This document shows positions 61,501-64,000 of a DNA stretch of 64,000 nucleotides, one piece after another. The stretch comes from Macrostomum hystrix (Eukaryota; Animalia; Platyhelminthes). A program made the position numbers and the translations under genes. Below the pieces are notes generated by a model. It was not told the DNA's origin. It worked only from the letters and a program-made list of their open reading frames with translations, and did no database searches. The DNA lies in NCBI GenBank assembly GCA_950097015.1, contig CATNEN010000007.1, positions 7,812,001 through 7,876,000 of the forward strand. The letters run 5' to 3'. Numbering within the stretch: the stretch's first letter is position 1; the number at the start of each line of letters is the position of its first letter.

Positions 61501-62339
61501 ATTCTTTCTTGAAAAACAATTTCGCTAAAATACACAAGAAAAGCATAAGCCGACTGTCAGCCTCGTTGTTAACAAGGTTTAAAATAACTGCAACGGCGCA
61601 AATACTAGTTATGCCCTGATAAATATTTTCCAACAAAACGTGAGTCATGAGCCACATGAAAATCATGACACACTAAATTTAAAATATCCATAATTGAATT
61701 TTTTACTCAAAAGTAGAACAAGAAGTAAATTTTGAAATAGTGCAGCTGTTAATGCCAGGTATACGAGAATATTGTGCATTTTTTACAAGCTCCAAATTTG
61801 TTATCCAGTTTGGTAATAACTTAAAACAAACACTTTTTATATTGGGCCATTGTCCAACTGCTCTGAGACAGATGTGGGAGTCAATTGTAAAGATCGCTAC
61901 CTATAGAGGTTCAACGATTGACTGTAAAAGCAATAGAGTTTTTTATTCAAAGCATTCAATACAATGTTTTTTATGATGGCCCAATATTCATAACTATTCA
62001 CAGTTAGACTAGATAAACAAAAATCTGGTACTTTTATAACAAAAATTGCACAATTGAAGCATTGTGGATTAATTTTTCCTACCAGCGAGTAGTCTACATC
62101 ACTTTCATCACGTGATCGAATGTTATAGAAGTTCTAATAATATTGTCCACTTTTACAAAACTCTGAAGATTTTACTGCCACACACTTCTATCTCTACTGT
62201 CAGTAGGCTACGTCAAAAGAATTGCAAAACATAATAGAATTAAGAGGAAAGTTGGGAAAACTCACCCATGAACTGCGGTAGCAGCAGCCACTTCGGCATC
62301 GCAGGCCGACTTGGTTGCAGTCAGAACTGGCATAGCCAT
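55579..62339 (-). CDS. Espin/forked-like actin-bundling protein (Pro-rich, WH2, C-terminal PxW[KR]R module), about 769 aa, no ankyrin repeats
   Basis: Exons 62339-62266 (ATG with an in-frame TAG upstream), 58873-58613, 58118-57886, 57656-56565 and 56228-55579; all GT-AG and phase-consistent, 2310 nt in total. WH2-like QAALIAQLQQGVSLRKST. C-terminal PDWRRAML, EEARLSSVPDWKRSLL and AERLAGMPDWKRSIL resemble the espin module PEWKRQVM...EEARLASMPAWRRDLL (recalled). Confidence 0.78.
56825..57120 (-). repeat. Coding 33-bp tandem repeat encoding the 11-aa unit PSKAPPQPLV(Q/E), about 8 copies
   Basis: Seen in the sequence and in the translation of exon 57656-56565. Confidence 0.88.
58190..58375 (+). 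mobile_element. tRNA-derived SINE (family 2), intronic
   Basis: TCGCACTAAGGTCTTGAGCTCGATTCCGCAG...TTTACGACCCTAAGGGCC...GTGAAAGTGTACACTGCCT, colinear with the reverse complement of 35386-35550. Confidence 0.58.
59057..59690. repeat. 38-bp minisatellite AATGACCTACCACAGTGACCAACTAAGTAGTCTAGAAC, about 17 copies
   Basis: Seen directly; variants accumulate left to right; intronic. Confidence 0.96.
60300..60412 (+). mobile_element. Decayed family-1 SINE fragment
   Basis: GGAGTTCGACT B-box remnant, CTGTGGCCCTAGAGCAAGA and TTCACTCAGCTGTAAAATTGG parallel the copy at 48019-48115. Confidence 0.45.
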
Positions 62340-63490
62340 GAGTGCACTGCCAACTAACTAATCTCCGTTTTGGTCCTTAAATGATACCAGCAAAGGCTGA
62401 GACCTCAGGCTAGGATTTTGGCTGCAACTTTTCTGTTAAAAAAGAAATAGATATTTATAATTCTTGGCAGTTTGCAAAGTCCTAAGTTAAAACATATACC
62501 GTATAAGTTGGCTAATCATGTACTTTTTTACAAATCAATGAGAAAAAACATGTTACAAGCAAAGCAAGAACATCTAAAAAATCTGTTGCTTCAAGCATAC
62601 AATTAAAGTATTATGCAATAGTGTCAGTGAATCGAGAGTATAAACCTGCATAAAATTTACAAATCAGATTTAGCTAAAGCTATTCATAAAAATCACTTAT
62701 TATTATTAATAAAAGAATTTACTTTGGTTTTTTCACAATTTTTGCTGAATCAGTTTAGTTTGTTTTGCCCAAATAGAGAAGGTGGAAGTCTGCTTTAAAA
62801 ATTGGTAGAGAAGGAGACTGTACACTAATTCAAACTTTCCCACTAAGGGAAAGGAGCAATTCAGGGTCTAAATTTTGTGCCCCAATAAGAGTAGTGTTTT
62901 ACCATAGCTATGGTTACAGCTTTGGTAAGTTACAGATATGGATATGTGAACTTTTATATTCTGTACCTACCTCGTAGTTCCTATATCTTGTACCTAGTTT
63001 CCTCAGCTTACTCATTTACAGTAAAGCCCTATGGAAATTCCAAAGCCACATGTAGAAATTGCCACAGGCACATGGTGTGAGGCCTTCTTTAGTCTCTGTA
63101 GGAAAAATTGACAGTTCTGGGCAGATTTTATTGAAGATTTGTGCAAAATACAGCAATGCATAGTGCCACCAGACAATAGCTATGGCATGCCAAAGGTGTT
63201 GCTAGCTTAGAGCCAAGATGCAAGCCAAAATGTAATCGTTCCCAGCAAAAATCCATAAACTAAAAAGTTTAAACCATAGGCCTAAACTAAAAATTCCAAG
63301 TGTCCCTACTCTAGCCCTTAGTAAATTTGGGCGGCTAAAGATTTTGAGTGGCTTTATTGTGGTGTTTGGGACTGAGGCTCACTTACCAATGATTTCAAAT
63401 GGTATGGGGGCTTCCACCTTTCACCCCAACCTATTGAGTTCCAAACTATGTAGGCCCAATATTTTTGCATTTCTGTGAGTAACATATATA

Positions 63491-63902
63491 CAGTGGCGCA
63501 ACCAGGGGGGACGGGGGTGGTGGCTGCCCCCCTTTGGCCTGCGGGGCAATGTACGCAAAGGGCAAGCCAAGATGCTTCTTAATTTATTACCTTATCTCAT
63601 TCCCTGTCCCCCAAGTCCAATGTACATAGACCAAAGACCAAGTCCAAGACCATTGGTCATATATTAATTTTCAAGCTTTCATTATAATTGTGTGTGCCTT
63701 CTGATTTCTTAAACCTTTTAAATCGTCTGGGCCCTACCCTACTGGCCCTTGAAATTGGCCCAGGAATGGTGGGCGAAAACTATGAAACAGAGCATGCTCC
63801 ACCTGGTGGCTGCCCCGCCCTTTGGCCTGCGGGGTAATGTACGCAAAGGGCAAGCCAAGATTTAGACTGCCCCCCCTAAGGCAAAACCTGGTTGCGCCAC
63901 TA
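63491..63902. mobile_element. Non-autonomous hAT-type MITE, 412 bp
   Basis: TIRs CAGTGGCGCAACCAGG / CCTGGTTGCGCCACTA (15/16). Flanks CATATATA / CATATATC form an 8-bp TSD with one mismatch. An internal direct repeat of about 55 bp occurs near 63520 and 63805. Confidence 0.85.
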
Positions 63903-64000
63903 CATATATCTAAACATCAGTAAATTAACTGATTTAAGAAATGGTAGAGGAAGCTACAGGAGGTTAAACAGTTACAGTAAGTTATAGGAAGTTTTTGTAG

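Overview
This is eukaryotic, intron-containing animal DNA with GC-rich Q/A/P-rich exons and very dense micro- and minisatellites. That style resembles a free-living flatworm such as Macrostomum (inference only). Roughly a third of the window is tandem arrays, about 30 of them, many with 20-21 bp periods; nearly all long ORFs in the track are repeat artefacts. Manual splicing recovers six protein genes, all on the minus strand: (1) a forkhead (FoxF-like) gene whose DNA-binding domain begins at the left edge; (2) a secreted PAN-like + fibrinogen-C protein with a predicted GC-AG intron; (3) a dystroglycan-like membrane protein with a short tail; (4) a single-coding-exon DEG/ENaC channel with altered HG and GxS motifs; (5) a five-exon CBARP/BARP-like calcium-channel regulator; (6) a five-exon espin/forked-like actin-bundling protein with no ankyrin repeats. 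There is also one orphan coding-like exon. Mobile DNA includes two tRNA-derived SINE families (one copy appears to have seeded a 15-bp minisatellite), a frameshifted Crypton/DUF3504-like remnant and a hAT-type MITE with an 8-bp TSD. Family assignments rest on motifs recognised from memory; no searches were run.
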